A stretch of DNA of 64,000 bases from Candidatus Krumholzibacteriia bacterium. Its GTDB lineage: Bacteria; Krumholzibacteriota; Krumholzibacteriia; WVZY01; JAKEHA01. Each line of letters begins with the position of its first letter. Position 1 is the stretch's first letter. The stretch is taken from NCBI GenBank assembly GCA_029865265.1, contig JAOUHG010000002.1:98357-162356 (forward strand), given 5' to 3'. Below the pieces are notes generated by a model. That model was not told the DNA's origin and ran no database searches. It saw only the letters and a program-made list of their open reading frames with translations. Position numbers and translations under genes: made by a program. Shown piece by piece: positions 20,601-30,900 of the stretch.

Positions 20601-22611
20601 CCTGTCCGCTCATGTCCGTGGTGGCCACCGCGTAGTCGTCGCCGCCTTTGGTCAGGCAGACGGTGGCACCCTCCACCGGATTGCCACCACTCATCACCGT
20701 GACCAGGATGTTCTGCTTGCCGGCGGACACGCTGGCGGCGTGGGTCACATCCGTCGTCGCGGGACGGTGCGTCCACATGGGCAGCTCGGGGTCGGCGAGG
20801 AGCGTGTAGATGTAGTGCGTCCACAGGTCGACGTTGTCACCGAGCAGGGCCAGCGGTGTGCGCAGCGCGCGCGAGCGGGCGAAGGTCTCGCCGATGTTCG
20901 TAACCGCCGAATCAAACGCCAGTTTGTAGTACTCGTTCATGTACGCCGACGAGGCGTTCGGGAAGGCGCTCTCGTTGGCGCCCACCACCGACACCGCGCC
21001 CCCGTTGGGATTGCGCAGGAAGTGCTCCGCCAGGCAGTAGTACGTGTACGATGCCCCGGTGCAGTTCAGAAAGTAGAGGCACGATAGACGGTTTCCGTTG
21101 ATGAGCGCGTCCGCATCGGAGTTCACGATGCTGGCGTCGGACACCGACATGTTGAAGCGATAGCCGTGCCCGATATGCACCACGTGGTTGAACCCGGTAT
21201 TGAGCGAGTCCAGAACCGCCGCCCGGTTCTCGTCCACCGAGCCCGGGAAGTACTCCTGCGTCTCGTACATGCGCACGACATCGAGTCCCGGGGCGGTCAG
21301 ATGGTTGTTGTAGATGGTCTCGGTGAGATCGGCACCGTTGACGGTGATCGCCTGGGGTGGCGACCAGTTCAGCGGGAAAAGCACCTCGCCCAGCAGGAGC
21401 ACGCGATGGCCGAACGAGAGGTCGGCCGGAGTCTCGTAGGCGATGACCTTGCCGGTCATCATGGCCACTTCCGCCACCGACGAGGTCGGCAAGCGGCCCA
21501 CGTACACCTCGGCGTAGAGGTCGGCTCCGTCTATCGGCGTGCCCTCCCCGAAAATGGCGTCGCCGTCCGCGTTCCACGAACCATCCAGGCAACCGAAGTA
21601 CATGTCCACCGGCAGGAAACGCCCGCCGTCGTAGAAGCCGCTCCACGCCAGGCGCGGCGCGATCTCGCCGGTGTCTCCGCCCAGCAGCAGATAGGTGATC
21701 CCCCACTTTGCATACGCGTCCTTGACGAAGTTGCGGATGGTCTCCTGCGGGTCCGAGCCGTTGCGATAGTTGGCCTCGATCCACTCCGTGGTGCGCACCA
21801 CCGTCGGGACACCCTTGCCCGTCTTGAAGTCCGCCAGCGCCTGGTAGGCGGCCGCCAGCGAATCGGGGGTTACGATTACGTAATCGACCGCGCTGCCCTC
21901 CAGCGAGGGAAAGGTCGAGGGGGCGAAGCCACCGTCCGGCGCGGGCACGTCGACGGCACCAAAGCTGTAACCCGCCGCGTCGGCGCTGTTGATCACGAGC
22001 CGCGAAAGTTCTCCCTGGATGCGCTGCATGGCACGCGGACGGCGCCGCACCATGTGGACGGGCGCCGGTTGCGCGGATGGCGTGGTCTCGATTTCGAGCG
22101 TGACGGCCGGGTAGGCAACCAGATCCTCTCCGGACAACGACAGCGGATACACCGCGAAACTGGCGATGGTGTAACCATGCAGGGTTCCCACACCAAGCAG
22201 ACGCGCGCGCTCGGCGGGAAACGCCCCGCCTGACGCCAGCGACACCAGCGCGGTCGATTGCCCCGCGACGCCGTCTTCGGTGCGCATCGCATCCGCGAGC
22301 ACCGGGCTCACGCGGGTGGCGATGACGGTGGTGCCGCGTGCATCTGCGGCGAACGACGCCAGCTCGTGCCCCTGGGGCAACAGCACGCTCACGATGCGGT
22401 ACGGCAGCGCCGGGCGCCCCTCGTCCGCGAGGGTGGAATAGCCGTCGGCGCGCACCGAGACCGCGTGCCCCGCGGCGGTACCGCGCACGTCCACGTCGGC
22501 GGGGTCGAGCACCAGTTGGTAGGAGAGGGTCGTAGCCTGCGCAGAAAGCACGCCGGCTGCGAGCAGGAGTCCGGTGGCCAGAACGGGAATTGCAACTCGG
22601 AATCGTTTCAT
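17653..22611 (-). CDS. Gingipain-like C25 cysteine peptidase with propeptide, Ig/FN3 domains, FG-GAP repeats and T9SS/FlgD C-terminal domain (copy 1, 1652 aa)
   Basis: Start ATG 22611 (GGAGGTGA SD, MKRFRVAIP signal); DYVIVT, YLLLGGD, VGRLP, catalytic HIGHG and FLNC; GDIDGDGDLE repeats; QNHPNPFNP...WDGRNDAG...SGVYFYRM...RKMLLVK. Confidence 0.92.
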   Translation of the reverse strand: MKRFRVAIPVLATGLLLAAGVLSAQATTLSYQLVLDPADVDVRGTAAGHAVSVRADGYSTLADEGRPALPYRIVSVLLPQGHELASFAADARGTTVIATRVSPVLADAMRTEDGVAGQSTALVSLASGGAFPAERARLLGVGTLHGYTIASFAVYPLSLSGEDLVAYPAVTLEIETTPSAQPAPVHMVRRRPRAMQRIQGELSRLVINSADAAGYSFGAVDVPAPDGGFAPSTFPSLEGSAVDYVIVTPDSLAAAYQALADFKTGKGVPTVVRTTEWIEANYRNGSDPQETIRNFVKDAYAKWGITYLLLGGDTGEIAPRLAWSGFYDGGRFLPVDMYFGCLDGSWNADGDAIFGEGTPIDGADLYAEVYVGRLPTSSVAEVAMMTGKVIAYETPADLSFGHRVLLLGEVLFPLNWSPPQAITVNGADLTETIYNNHLTAPGLDVVRMYETQEYFPGSVDENRAAVLDSLNTGFNHVVHIGHGYRFNMSVSDASIVNSDADALINGNRLSCLYFLNCTGASYTYYCLAEHFLRNPNGGAVSVVGANESAFPNASSAYMNEYYKLAFDSAVTNIGETFARSRALRTPLALLGDNVDLWTHYIYTLLADPELPMWTHRPATTDVTHAASVSAGKQNILVTVMSGGNPVEGATVCLTKGGDDYAVATTDMSGQATLPFRARSPGAIDVVVTGHNQRRYDGTITVTAAAAYVQIAGMTVDDDNTGGTAGNGNGVIEGGETVDLALSLKNTGPVSTGDVTVTLRSSDPGVVLDDSTAAAGVIASGATVVAGGGVRVTFDDAYPDAYPVPFTLVIKNDGGEAWRDTFKKEVHQPGLFQVTLRIDDVANGNGDGIVDAGEQFHLFYKVKNFGTGAFPGGSATITDLDAGFTLIGANDSYAAVAPMAEAENTAGFEMIETSVASEHRLLVEIVDTYGRSYQDIVELRPPVAPVGLVIDPSLGPDRLQVFWSASVSGDAETYHVYRSTTPVGPWVKSTVDPVSHTVFLDRGLTSNSLYYFRATTIDTSGNESAPSAVASGSTNPQQVSGFPLPLGSETSSSPVVGDIDGDGDLEIVVCADKVYAFNSDGSEVINGDGDAQTWGVLSPVGGSFVAHAALARLDAAPGLEVIAASRDLKQVYVFNHQGALLPGWPRSAENFVRAGVAAGDLDGDNLLEVIAVDEKGVIYAWNADGSEFIDGDFNPLTQGVFFRMPNCTFNYSTPAMADIDGDNMEELIVGSQGDQLYVFNEDGSVSPGWPYALASDVAGSPAIGDVDNNGDLEIVVNTAAGNLFVINHDATLQMSQYFSNAPWNPFFASSPAIGNVTGDGKLEIFVARGSGNIYGTQSNGVVLAGWPRQYTTTTYTESSPVIADVDGDGNPDIVIGSETQYLYAWNVSGQLIAGFPLKTDDAMRGVPELNDVDQDGDIDLVAAGWDKSLYVWDFSGSWNPATAPWPRFHANAHNNGAHGFVVPTPVGGASFRYAALGGGMELVWTVPLSASGGLFNVSRAELKDDAPGPYRRVASAVGLSMDGEVRVVDRGVEMGSRYVYRLEGEGGVVNETLAVLVPVTIAKLGQNHPNPFNPVTSIDYWVPGGIRNAVSLVIYDVRGARVRTLVNEHKAAGRYQSRWDGRNDAGAPVSSGVYFYRMVAGGFTDTRKMLLVK
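17701..18228. repeat. Dispersed ~530-nt repeat, copy 1 (C-terminal module of the C25 proteases)
   Basis: Aligns without gaps to 22704..23231 and 27971..28498. Confidence 0.92.
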
Positions 22612-22655
22612 GAGACCGTCACCTCCGCGTCGGGTCGCGGTTGGGAATACGAACG

Positions 22656-25600
22656 TTATTTGAGGAGAACCATTCTGCGCGCATCCTGGAAGGAGCCCGC
22701 GGACATGCGGTAGAAATAAACTCCGGAACCGACCGGCGCACCCGCGTCGTTGCGCCCGTCCCACTGCGCCGCGTAACGGCCCGCGGCCTTCTCCCCGTCG
22801 ACCAGCGTGCGCACCCGCGCACCCCGGACGTCGTAGATCACCAGACTCACCGCATTGCGGATGCCGCCCGGAACCCAGTACTCGATTGTTGTCACCGGGT
22901 TGAACGGGTTGGGATAGTTCTGGCCCAGCTTCGCGATCGTCACCGGTACCAGCACCGCCAGCGTCTCGTTGACCACACCGCCCTCGCCCTCCAGCCGGTA
23001 GACGTAGCGCGAGCCCATCTCCACGCCCCGGTCCACCACCCGCACCTCACCGTCCATGGACAGGCCCACCGCGCTCGCCACCCGCCGGTACGGGCCAGGC
23101 ACATCGTCCTTCAGTTCCGCCCGGCTCACGTTGAACAACCCGCCGCTCGCGCTCAGGGGAACCGTCCACACCAGTTCCATGCCCCCGCCCAGCGCCGCGT
23201 AGCGGAACGAGGCGCCACCCACCGGAGTGGGCAGGGTGAAACCCGTGCGCCCATTGTTGTGCACGTTGGCGTGGAACCGCGGCCAGGGGGCCGCATTGTC
23301 GTCCCAGCTACCGCTGAAGTCCCACACGTAGACATTCTTGTCCCAGCCCGCCGCAACCAGGTCGGTGTCTCCGTCGAGATCGACGTCGGCAAGCTGGGGC
23401 ACACCGCGCATGGAATCCTGGGTCTTGAGCGGGAACCCGTCGAGAACCACACCGTTGCGGTCCCACCCCCAGATGCTCTGCTCCTCGCTGCCGATCACCA
23501 CGTCCAGCAGGCCGTCGCCGTCCACGTCGGCAATGACCGGCGAGGATTCGGTATAGGTAAGCGTGGAGTAGTTCACCGGAAAGCCGGGGCGATCGGTGCC
23601 GGTGAAGCTGAAGCAGTAAAGCTTGCCGCTCGCAGCCGGCACGAAGGTCTCGAGCTTGCCGTCGCCATCCACGTCGGCCAGCGCTGGCGAGGGGGCAAAG
23701 AAGAGCCCGTTGGCAGTAAAGCGCGACCACAGCTCGGTGCCGTTGTTGCGGATGGCACGAATGTTTCCATTGCGGACATTGATGACGATCTCCAGGGTAC
23801 CGTTGCCGTCGACGTCACCCACCGCGGGACTCCCGGAAATGTCATCGGCGAGCGCCAATGGAAACCCGGGCAGGTTGTTGCCATACAGATCGAGCACGTG
23901 CAACTCATTGCCCTGGGTGCCGACGATGATTTCATCCCGGCTATCTGAGTTGATGTCGGCCAGCGCCGGCGTGGAATACTGGAAGGTGCAACCGGTGAGG
24001 CGTTTGAACACGCCCTGGGTTACAGGATTGGCATCACCGTCCAAGTACTCCGATCCGTCGGCGCGCCACACGTAAACGACGCCGAGTTCGTCGATGGCCA
24101 CCACTTCCCGGGGCAGTCCATCGCCGTCGACGTCACCCACCGCCGCACCCGCGCGGATGAAGTTCTCCACCGTCCGCGGCCAGCCGGCCAGCACCTCGCC
24201 GGTATGGCGAAACACATACACCTGCTTGGTCTCGCGCGAAGATGCAACGATCTCCAGCCCCGGCAGTCCATCGAGCTGGGCCAGCGCCACGTGCCCCACG
24301 AAGTTGTCGCCCTGGTCGGACAACACGCCCCATGTCACCGGACTGTTATCGCCATCCACCACTTCGTCCCCGTCCCCGTGAAACGCATAGACGCGGTTGT
24401 CGCCGACCACGATTTCCGGCAATCCGTCGCCATCGATGTCCCCCACCGCCGGAGACGACGTGGTCTCCGCGGCCATCCCGATCGGGAACCCGATCACCTG
24501 TGACGGGTTGGTGCTCCCGGAGAACGCCGCGCTTTGCGCGCTCTCGTTTCCGGATGCATCGATGGCCGTCGCCTTGAAGTAGTACTTGGTGGTTGAGCTC
24601 AGCCCCGTGTTGAGGAAGAACGTGTGCGCAACCGGGTCCACGTTGCTCTGCGCGAACGGCCCCAGTGCGGATGTCGACCGATACAGGTTGTAACGCACCG
24701 CGTCCAGGCTCGTGCTGGCCGTCCACGATACCTGCAACCGATCCGGCCCCAACCCGGGGTCGACGACCAGCGCCGATGGCGGCAGCGGCGCGCGCAGCTC
24801 GACGGTGTCGGCATAGGCACGGCCGTAGGTGTCCGTCACCAGGATGCGCAGGCGGTGTTCGCTGGCGACACTCGGCTCGATCAACGTCAGTCCGCCCACA
24901 TTCTCGGCTTCCGCCTGCGGCGCAATGGCGCCAAAGGAATCCGTGCCGTCGATGATTGTGAAGCCTGCATCGAGATCGCTGATGGTCACCGATCCGCCGG
25001 GATACGTGCCGGTCCCGAAATTCTTGGCCCGGTAGTACAGGTTGAACTGCTCCCCTGCCTCAACCACGCCGTTGCCGTTGCCGGAGGCGCTGTCGTCGAT
25101 GCGCAACCGCACCAGCGCAAGGCTGCCCAGGTGGACTTCCTTCTTGAACTCATCGCGCCACGTCTCGACGCCGTTGACGCGGACCACGACGACGAAGGGC
25201 GCCGCGTACTCGTCCGGCAGCGCGCTGTTGAAAGTGACGCGCACGCCACCGGTGGCGGTGGCCGTGGCCCCCGCGGCGAGCGTCACCAGGCTGGCAGTGC
25301 TGTCATTGATGGTAACGCCCGCGTCGTTGCTGCGCAGCCGGACCGTGAGCGTCCCGGTGGTGCTGGAGGTGCCGGTGTTCTTGAAGGCGAGTTGCAGGTC
25401 GACGCGCTCGCCAGCCTCGATGACACCGTTTCCGTTTCCGCTGGTACCGCTGAGGTTGTCGTCGTCGATGACCATCGAGGCCAGCGTCACGTAGGGCCCG
25501 GTTCCGGTCACCGTGATGGCGCCATCGTAGCGCTTGTAGTTGCGGCCGGTGGCAACCACCTTGATGGATCCGGCGCTCTCGGCGCGGAAGGAGAGCGTCA

Positions 25601-27587
25601 CCTGGCCGGACACGTCCGTGGTCCCCACTTCGTAGTCATCGCCGTCCTTGGACAAGCACACGACCGCGCCCTCCACGGGCGTAGCGTTGCTGGTCACGGT
25701 GACGGTGACCAGGCTGGTCCCCTTGGGGACACTGGCCGGGAAGCTGGCCGTGAGCGGCGCGACCGCCCGCGTCCACAGGGGCATCTCGGGCTCCGCGAGG
25801 TTGGTGTAGACGAAGTGCGTCCAGCGATCGGATCCGTCGCTGGCCAGCGCGAAACCGGTTCGCGGTTCGCGCGAGCGCGCAAACAGCTCGCCCTGATGGA
25901 CGACGTTCTGCATCAGCAGCAGCCGGTAGAACTCGCCCTGGTACGAGGAAGCCGTGGTCGGGAACGCGCTCTCGTTGGACCCCACCACCGACACGGCGCC
26001 GCCGTTGGGGTTGCGCAGCAGGTGCTCGGCGAGGCTCTCGTAGGTGTACGCGCACGCGGTACAGTTCAGCAGGTTGAAGTTCGACAGGCGTGTGCCGTTG
26101 GTGAAGGCGTCGGCATCCGCGTTCACAATGCTCGCGTCGCCCACCGACATGTTGAAACGAAACCCGTGGCCGATGTGTATGACGTGGTTGTAGCCGGCGT
26201 TGATCGAGTCCACGGACACCTGCCGGGTCTCCGGCAGGACACCCGGGTACGCCGGGTGGTTCTCGTACAGACGCGTCACGGCGAGCGCTGGATCGGTGAA
26301 GTACGACAGGCGCAGAAACTCGGTGATGCTGGCGCCGTCGAGCGAAATCGGGTCGCCGGGGTGATAGTTCGAGGGGAAGAGCACCTCGGCCAGCATCAGG
26401 CTCTTGGCGGCGTAGGACGTCTGCGAGGGCTTCTCGTACTCCATCACCTTGCCGATCATCACCGCGGCCTCCGCGTTGGAGCGCGCGGGCAACCGTCCGG
26501 TGTAGACCTCCGCGTAGAGGTCGGCGTTGTCCTGGCCGAACTCGCCGAAGATCGCGTCGTGGTCGGCGTTCCAGTCGCCGTCCAGGCAGCCGAAGTACAT
26601 GTCGACCGGCAACATGCGGCCGCCGTCGTAGAAGACGGAAAATGCGGTGCGCACCGGAACCTGATCCGAGTCGCCTGCCAGCAGGAGATAGCTGATCCCC
26701 CACTTGGCGTAGGCGTCGATGGCGAAATTCCGCACCGTCTCGGCCATGTCGGCGCCGTTGAGGTAGTTGGCCGCGATCCACTCCGTGGTGCGCACCACCG
26801 TCGGCACACCCTTCTCCGTCTTCCAGTCGGCCAGGGTCTGGAAGGTGGCGGCGAGTGAGTCGTTGGTAACGATCACGTAGTCCACTGCACTTCCCTCCAA
26901 CGACGGGAAGATGGACGGCAGGAAGCCGCCGGTCGGTTCGGGCACCACCTCACCCGCGCTGGCGTACGACGACACCTGCCCGGCGTTGAGAACCATGGCG
27001 CGCAGCCGTTCGCGTACCGACTCGTCGAGCGCGTCGCGACGGCGTTCGCGTGTTACCGGCCGATCCTCGGCCGCCCGCGTGTGCACGGTGAAGGCAACTT
27101 CGTCCACCCCGAGCAATGTGTTGTCGACGACCTCAAACGGGTAGATGGCAATACTCGCCACCGCGTACCCGTGCAACCAGCCCGAGCCCAGGAAGCGCCC
27201 GCGCGCCTCACCGGACGCGGGGAGAACCGCAGCCGGCGCATCCGCCTCGAGACCCTGGGACGTGGTGTGCGCACCGGCCACGACGGGCGAAACTCCCGAA
27301 CGGACGACACGCGTCGTGCCGGAGCGGAACGAAACCGACGCCACCGCCTCGCCGGGCGGCAGCAACACGTTGACGATCCGATAGGGCAACTCGGGATAGC
27401 CTGGCTCGCGCGACACCTGCCACCCATCGGCGGTCACGGCGACGCGGTCCCCCCCGGGGGCGGAGGTGACGGACACGTCCCCGGGTACGGGAACGCGAAA
27501 GGAGAGGTCCGACGCCACGGCGACGTGCGCGAGCATGGCGACGGCAAGCATGGTAGCGAGCGAGACACGGGCGGAAAGGCGGTTCAT
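22656..27587 (-). CDS. Gingipain-like C25 cysteine peptidase (copy 2, 1643 aa)
   Basis: ATG 27587 with GGAGG; same architecture; HIGHG and LLNC dyad; CTD ending RRMVLLK. Confidence 0.92.
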   Translation of the reverse strand: MNRLSARVSLATMLAVAMLAHVAVASDLSFRVPVPGDVSVTSAPGGDRVAVTADGWQVSREPGYPELPYRIVNVLLPPGEAVASVSFRSGTTRVVRSGVSPVVAGAHTTSQGLEADAPAAVLPASGEARGRFLGSGWLHGYAVASIAIYPFEVVDNTLLGVDEVAFTVHTRAAEDRPVTRERRRDALDESVRERLRAMVLNAGQVSSYASAGEVVPEPTGGFLPSIFPSLEGSAVDYVIVTNDSLAATFQTLADWKTEKGVPTVVRTTEWIAANYLNGADMAETVRNFAIDAYAKWGISYLLLAGDSDQVPVRTAFSVFYDGGRMLPVDMYFGCLDGDWNADHDAIFGEFGQDNADLYAEVYTGRLPARSNAEAAVMIGKVMEYEKPSQTSYAAKSLMLAEVLFPSNYHPGDPISLDGASITEFLRLSYFTDPALAVTRLYENHPAYPGVLPETRQVSVDSINAGYNHVIHIGHGFRFNMSVGDASIVNADADAFTNGTRLSNFNLLNCTACAYTYESLAEHLLRNPNGGAVSVVGSNESAFPTTASSYQGEFYRLLLMQNVVHQGELFARSREPRTGFALASDGSDRWTHFVYTNLAEPEMPLWTRAVAPLTASFPASVPKGTSLVTVTVTSNATPVEGAVVCLSKDGDDYEVGTTDVSGQVTLSFRAESAGSIKVVATGRNYKRYDGAITVTGTGPYVTLASMVIDDDNLSGTSGNGNGVIEAGERVDLQLAFKNTGTSSTTGTLTVRLRSNDAGVTINDSTASLVTLAAGATATATGGVRVTFNSALPDEYAAPFVVVVRVNGVETWRDEFKKEVHLGSLALVRLRIDDSASGNGNGVVEAGEQFNLYYRAKNFGTGTYPGGSVTISDLDAGFTIIDGTDSFGAIAPQAEAENVGGLTLIEPSVASEHRLRILVTDTYGRAYADTVELRAPLPPSALVVDPGLGPDRLQVSWTASTSLDAVRYNLYRSTSALGPFAQSNVDPVAHTFFLNTGLSSTTKYYFKATAIDASGNESAQSAAFSGSTNPSQVIGFPIGMAAETTSSPAVGDIDGDGLPEIVVGDNRVYAFHGDGDEVVDGDNSPVTWGVLSDQGDNFVGHVALAQLDGLPGLEIVASSRETKQVYVFRHTGEVLAGWPRTVENFIRAGAAVGDVDGDGLPREVVAIDELGVVYVWRADGSEYLDGDANPVTQGVFKRLTGCTFQYSTPALADINSDSRDEIIVGTQGNELHVLDLYGNNLPGFPLALADDISGSPAVGDVDGNGTLEIVINVRNGNIRAIRNNGTELWSRFTANGLFFAPSPALADVDGDGKLETFVPAASGKLYCFSFTGTDRPGFPVNYSTLTYTESSPVIADVDGDGLLDVVIGSEEQSIWGWDRNGVVLDGFPLKTQDSMRGVPQLADVDLDGDTDLVAAGWDKNVYVWDFSGSWDDNAAPWPRFHANVHNNGRTGFTLPTPVGGASFRYAALGGGMELVWTVPLSASGGLFNVSRAELKDDVPGPYRRVASAVGLSMDGEVRVVDRGVEMGSRYVYRLEGEGGVVNETLAVLVPVTIAKLGQNYPNPFNPVTTIEYWVPGGIRNAVSLVIYDVRGARVRTLVDGEKAAGRYAAQWDGRNDAGAPVGSGVYFYRMSAGSFQDARRMVLLK
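22704..23231. repeat. Dispersed ~530-nt repeat, copy 2
   Basis: Offset +5003 from copy 1; near-identical core. Confidence 0.92.
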
Positions 27588-27776
27588 CAGAGACAACCTC
27601 CGGTACGCGCGGTCAGTCGTTCGCCGGTAGGAGCGACGGCGATCTTCGGACCATCTGCTGGTCTTGCCGCGCGTCCGTGGCGCCGCGGCTATGTCAAATC
27701 ACGGAGAAATGGAAAACCGTTGTTGGTAGCAGATCGCGTTTCGCTTGCGCTCCCGCGGTTGGTTGTTGAACCGCCC

Positions 27777-27794
27777 AATGATGAGTACATCATT
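27777..27794. promoter_or_regulatory. Palindromic operator candidate over the -10/TSS of the C25 copy 2 promoter
   Basis: AATGATG-AGTA-CATCATT, perfect 7-bp inverted repeat. Confidence 0.5.
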
Positions 27795-27820
27795 ATATCG
27801 CAACGGGATCGGCCCGTCAA
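27792..27820 (-). promoter_or_regulatory. Near-consensus sigma70 promoter for C25 copy 2 (and probably copy 1)
   Basis: TTGACG-N17-TATAAT on the minus strand, about 200 nt upstream of ATG 27587. Confidence 0.75.
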
Positions 27821-27821
27821 T

Positions 27822-27915
27822 GGCAGAGTCTGCGCGACGACAGCCATCCGGGATCTGCTGGTGTGTCGAGGAGGTATGCTCGTCCCGGATGGCCTGCCGC
27901 GCAGAAATTCTTGCC
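27822..27915. repeat. Long imperfect inverted repeat just after the stop of C25 copy 3
   Basis: TCTGCGCG..GCCATCCGGGA pairs with TCCCGGATGGC..CGCGCAGA. Confidence 0.6.
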
Positions 27916-27922
27916 CGTTTCT

Positions 27923-30900
27923 CTATTTCAGAAGGACCATCCTGCGGGTGTTCTCGAAACCACCCGCCACCATGCGGTAGAAGTAGACGCCGGAACTGAC
28001 GGGCGCACCCGCGTCGTTGCGCCCGTCCCACTGCGCCGCGTAACGGCCCGCGGCTTTCTCCCTGTCGACCAGCGTGCGCACCCGCGCACCCCGGACGTCG
28101 TAGATCACCAGGCTCACCCGGTTGCGGCTTCCGCCCGGAACCCAGTACTCGATTGTTGTCACCGGGTTGAACGGGTTGGGATAGTTCTGGCCCAGCTTCG
28201 CGATCGTCACCGGTACCAGCACCGCCAGCGTCTCGTTGACCACACCGCCCTCTCCCTCCAGCCGGTAGACGTAGCGCGAGCCCATCTCCACACCCCGGTC
28301 CACCACCCGCACCTCACCGTCCATGGACAGACCCACCGCGCTCGCCACCCGCCGGTACGGGCCCGGCTCGCCGTCCTTCAGCTCCGCCCGGCTCACGTTG
28401 AACAACCCGCCGCTCGCGCTCAGCGGAACCGTCCACACCAGCTCCATGCCACCGCCCAGCGCCGCGTAGCGGAACGAGGCGCCACCCACCGGTGTGGGCA
28501 GGGGCGTGGCAACGTTGCCGTCGTTGAACAGATTGGCGTGATAGCGCGCCCACGGCGCCTTGAGGGGATTGAACATCGACGGGAAATCCCACACGTAGAC
28601 ACTCTTGTCCCACCCGGCCGCCACCAGGTCGGTATCGCCATCCTTGTCGACGTCGGCGATGAGCGGCGTGGCGCGAACCGCATCCGACAACGCCAGCGGG
28701 AAGCCGGGCATGAGCTGCCCGGAAGCGTCCCACGCGTTCAGGTACTTGTTCTCGTCTCCCAGCAGCACGTCCAGTGAACCGTCGTTGTCGATGTCCGCGA
28801 TGACCGGAGACGATTCCGTGTACAACTGGGTGGCGTAGGCCACCGGCCAGCCCGGCAGGCTGCTGCCGTTCCAGCGGATGGCGTACAGGTTGCGGTTCTT
28901 GCTCGGCAGGACAACCTCCAGCCTGCCGTCACCATCGAGGTCCCCGAGCGCGGGCGAGGGACCGAACGCCAGCTGGTTCTGGAACCACGTATTCCACAGG
29001 ATGGTGCCGTCGTGGTGAAGCGCCCACACCAGGCCGCCCCATTCGCACACGACGATCTCCAGGTCTCCGTCGTTGTCGATGTCACCCACCGCCGGGCTAC
29101 CCGAAATGTCGGTGCTGAATCCCTTCGGCCACCCCGGCACCACCGAGCCGTCTGCGTTGAGCACGTACAGGGAGTCACCCTGCGTCCCCACCACGATTTC
29201 ATTGACGTTGTCGCCGTCGATATCCGCGATGGCCGGGCAGGTGTACTGATAGACGCATCCGCCGAAGGTGCGGAACACGCCGTTGGTTGCGGGGTTGTTG
29301 TCGCCATTGCGCCATTCGCTGCCATCTGGATTCCACACGTAGAGAACGCCCTTCTCGTCGAGCGCGATGACTTCCTTCTGGCCGTCGTTGTTGATATCGC
29401 CCGCCACCACCGCGGCGCGTATCGGATTCAACACGGTCTGCGGCCAGCCGGCGATCGGGTTGCCGGTGTAGCTGAAGACAATCACCTGTTTGGTGTCGCG
29501 CGACGCGGCCAGGATTTCCATTCCCGGTACCGCGTCCATGTCGGCCAGGCCGACGTGTGCCACGTAGTTGCTTCCCAGGGTGCTGAACAGACCCCACGTC
29601 TGCGCGTTGAGGTCAGCGTCGCGTACCTCCACCCCGTTATGATGCCAGGCGTAGAGCTTGTTGTTGCCCTGTATGATTTCGAAGTCGTTGTCGCCGTCGA
29701 TATCGCCCACCACCGGAGAACACACGGTTTCCACCGCCATGGCGATGGGCCAACCCTCCGCCTGCTTCGGATTCGTGCTGCCGCTGAACTCCGGGGAAGG
29801 CGCGCTCTCGTTACCCGAGGCATCGATGGTGGTCACGCGCATGTAATAGCGGGTGGTGGGCTGGAGCCCGCCGCTGAGGAATGTCGTATGGTGCACCGGG
29901 TCGGGCGTCATCACCGAGTACGGCCCGCCCGGGAACGGCGACGATAGCACCCGGTAACCGACGGCGTCAGCGGATGCGCTCGCGTCCCAGGAAATCTTGA
30001 GACGATCCGCGCCCAGGCTCGGATCGAACTTCAGCGTGAGCGGTGGTACGGGTGCGCGCAGCTCGAAGAGCTTGGTCCACACCTGTCCGTATGCGTCGGC
30101 TACTTCCAGCTTGAGCGTGTGGGGCACCGCGACACTGTTCTCCCGCAGGAGGAATCCGTTTGTGTTCTCCGCCTCGCCGATGCTGGGCAACTCCGGGTAC
30201 GTGTCCACGCTGTCGGTGAACACGAACGCACCGCCGAGGTCGGTCAGACGAGCGGTGAGCCCGTGGGCGGCCCCGGTGCCGAAGTTCTTCACGTCGTAGT
30301 AGAGACGGAAGTCCTCGCCCGCGTCGACCACGCCGTCTCCGTTGCCGCTCGCCGAATCGTCGACACGCAGCACCACGAACTCGAGCCGCGGTGTATGCAC
30401 CAGACGCGTAAAGCGATCCGTCCACAGCGGCACCCCGTTGTCGCGCACCTCGAGCGTGAACAGCACCGGCAGTTCGTCCGGCAGCGAGGGATCGATACGG
30501 ATACGGAACGGATCGGTGGCGGCGACCGTCCCGCCCGCCGGCACGATGCCCACGGCCGCCAGGCTGTCCTCCACCACGAAACCGACGTAGGAGGTGCGCA
30601 ACGCAAGGGTGACGTTCTGCGCGGCCGACAGTCCGGTATTCCTGACCGAGGCCGTGAGTTCGAGCACTTCTCCCGCCCCGATCACGCCATCACCGTTGCC
30701 GCTGGTGGTCGCGGTGGAGTCATCCCCCACCTCGCACCCGGCGAAGCTCACGTAAGCACCCGCGCCGGGGCTGACGGGAATGGCGCCCACGTGCGTGGCG
30801 CGGTTGGGTGCGCTGGCCACCACCGAGACGTTGCCGGCCGACTCGGCGGTCATGGTGAGCGTCACCGATCCGGCGCCGTCGGTGAGACCCACTTCGTAGT

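Noticed and set aside
17788..21087. 1099-aa plus-strand ORF (also 24624..26858 and 30119..32176)
   Set aside because: Antisense shadows of the C25 genes caused by GC-biased codon usage; no motifs.
22612..22764. N-terminal extensions given by the ORF track (C25 copies 1 and 3, carA, SBP, GT2 and others)
   Set aside because: They overlap upstream genes or leaders; downstream starts have SDs, signal peptides or stop/start overlaps.
17701..28498. Diversity-generating retroelement TR/VR pair in the repeated C-termini
   Set aside because: All copies are coding, differences are mostly synonymous and not adenine-restricted, and there is no reverse transcriptase in the window.
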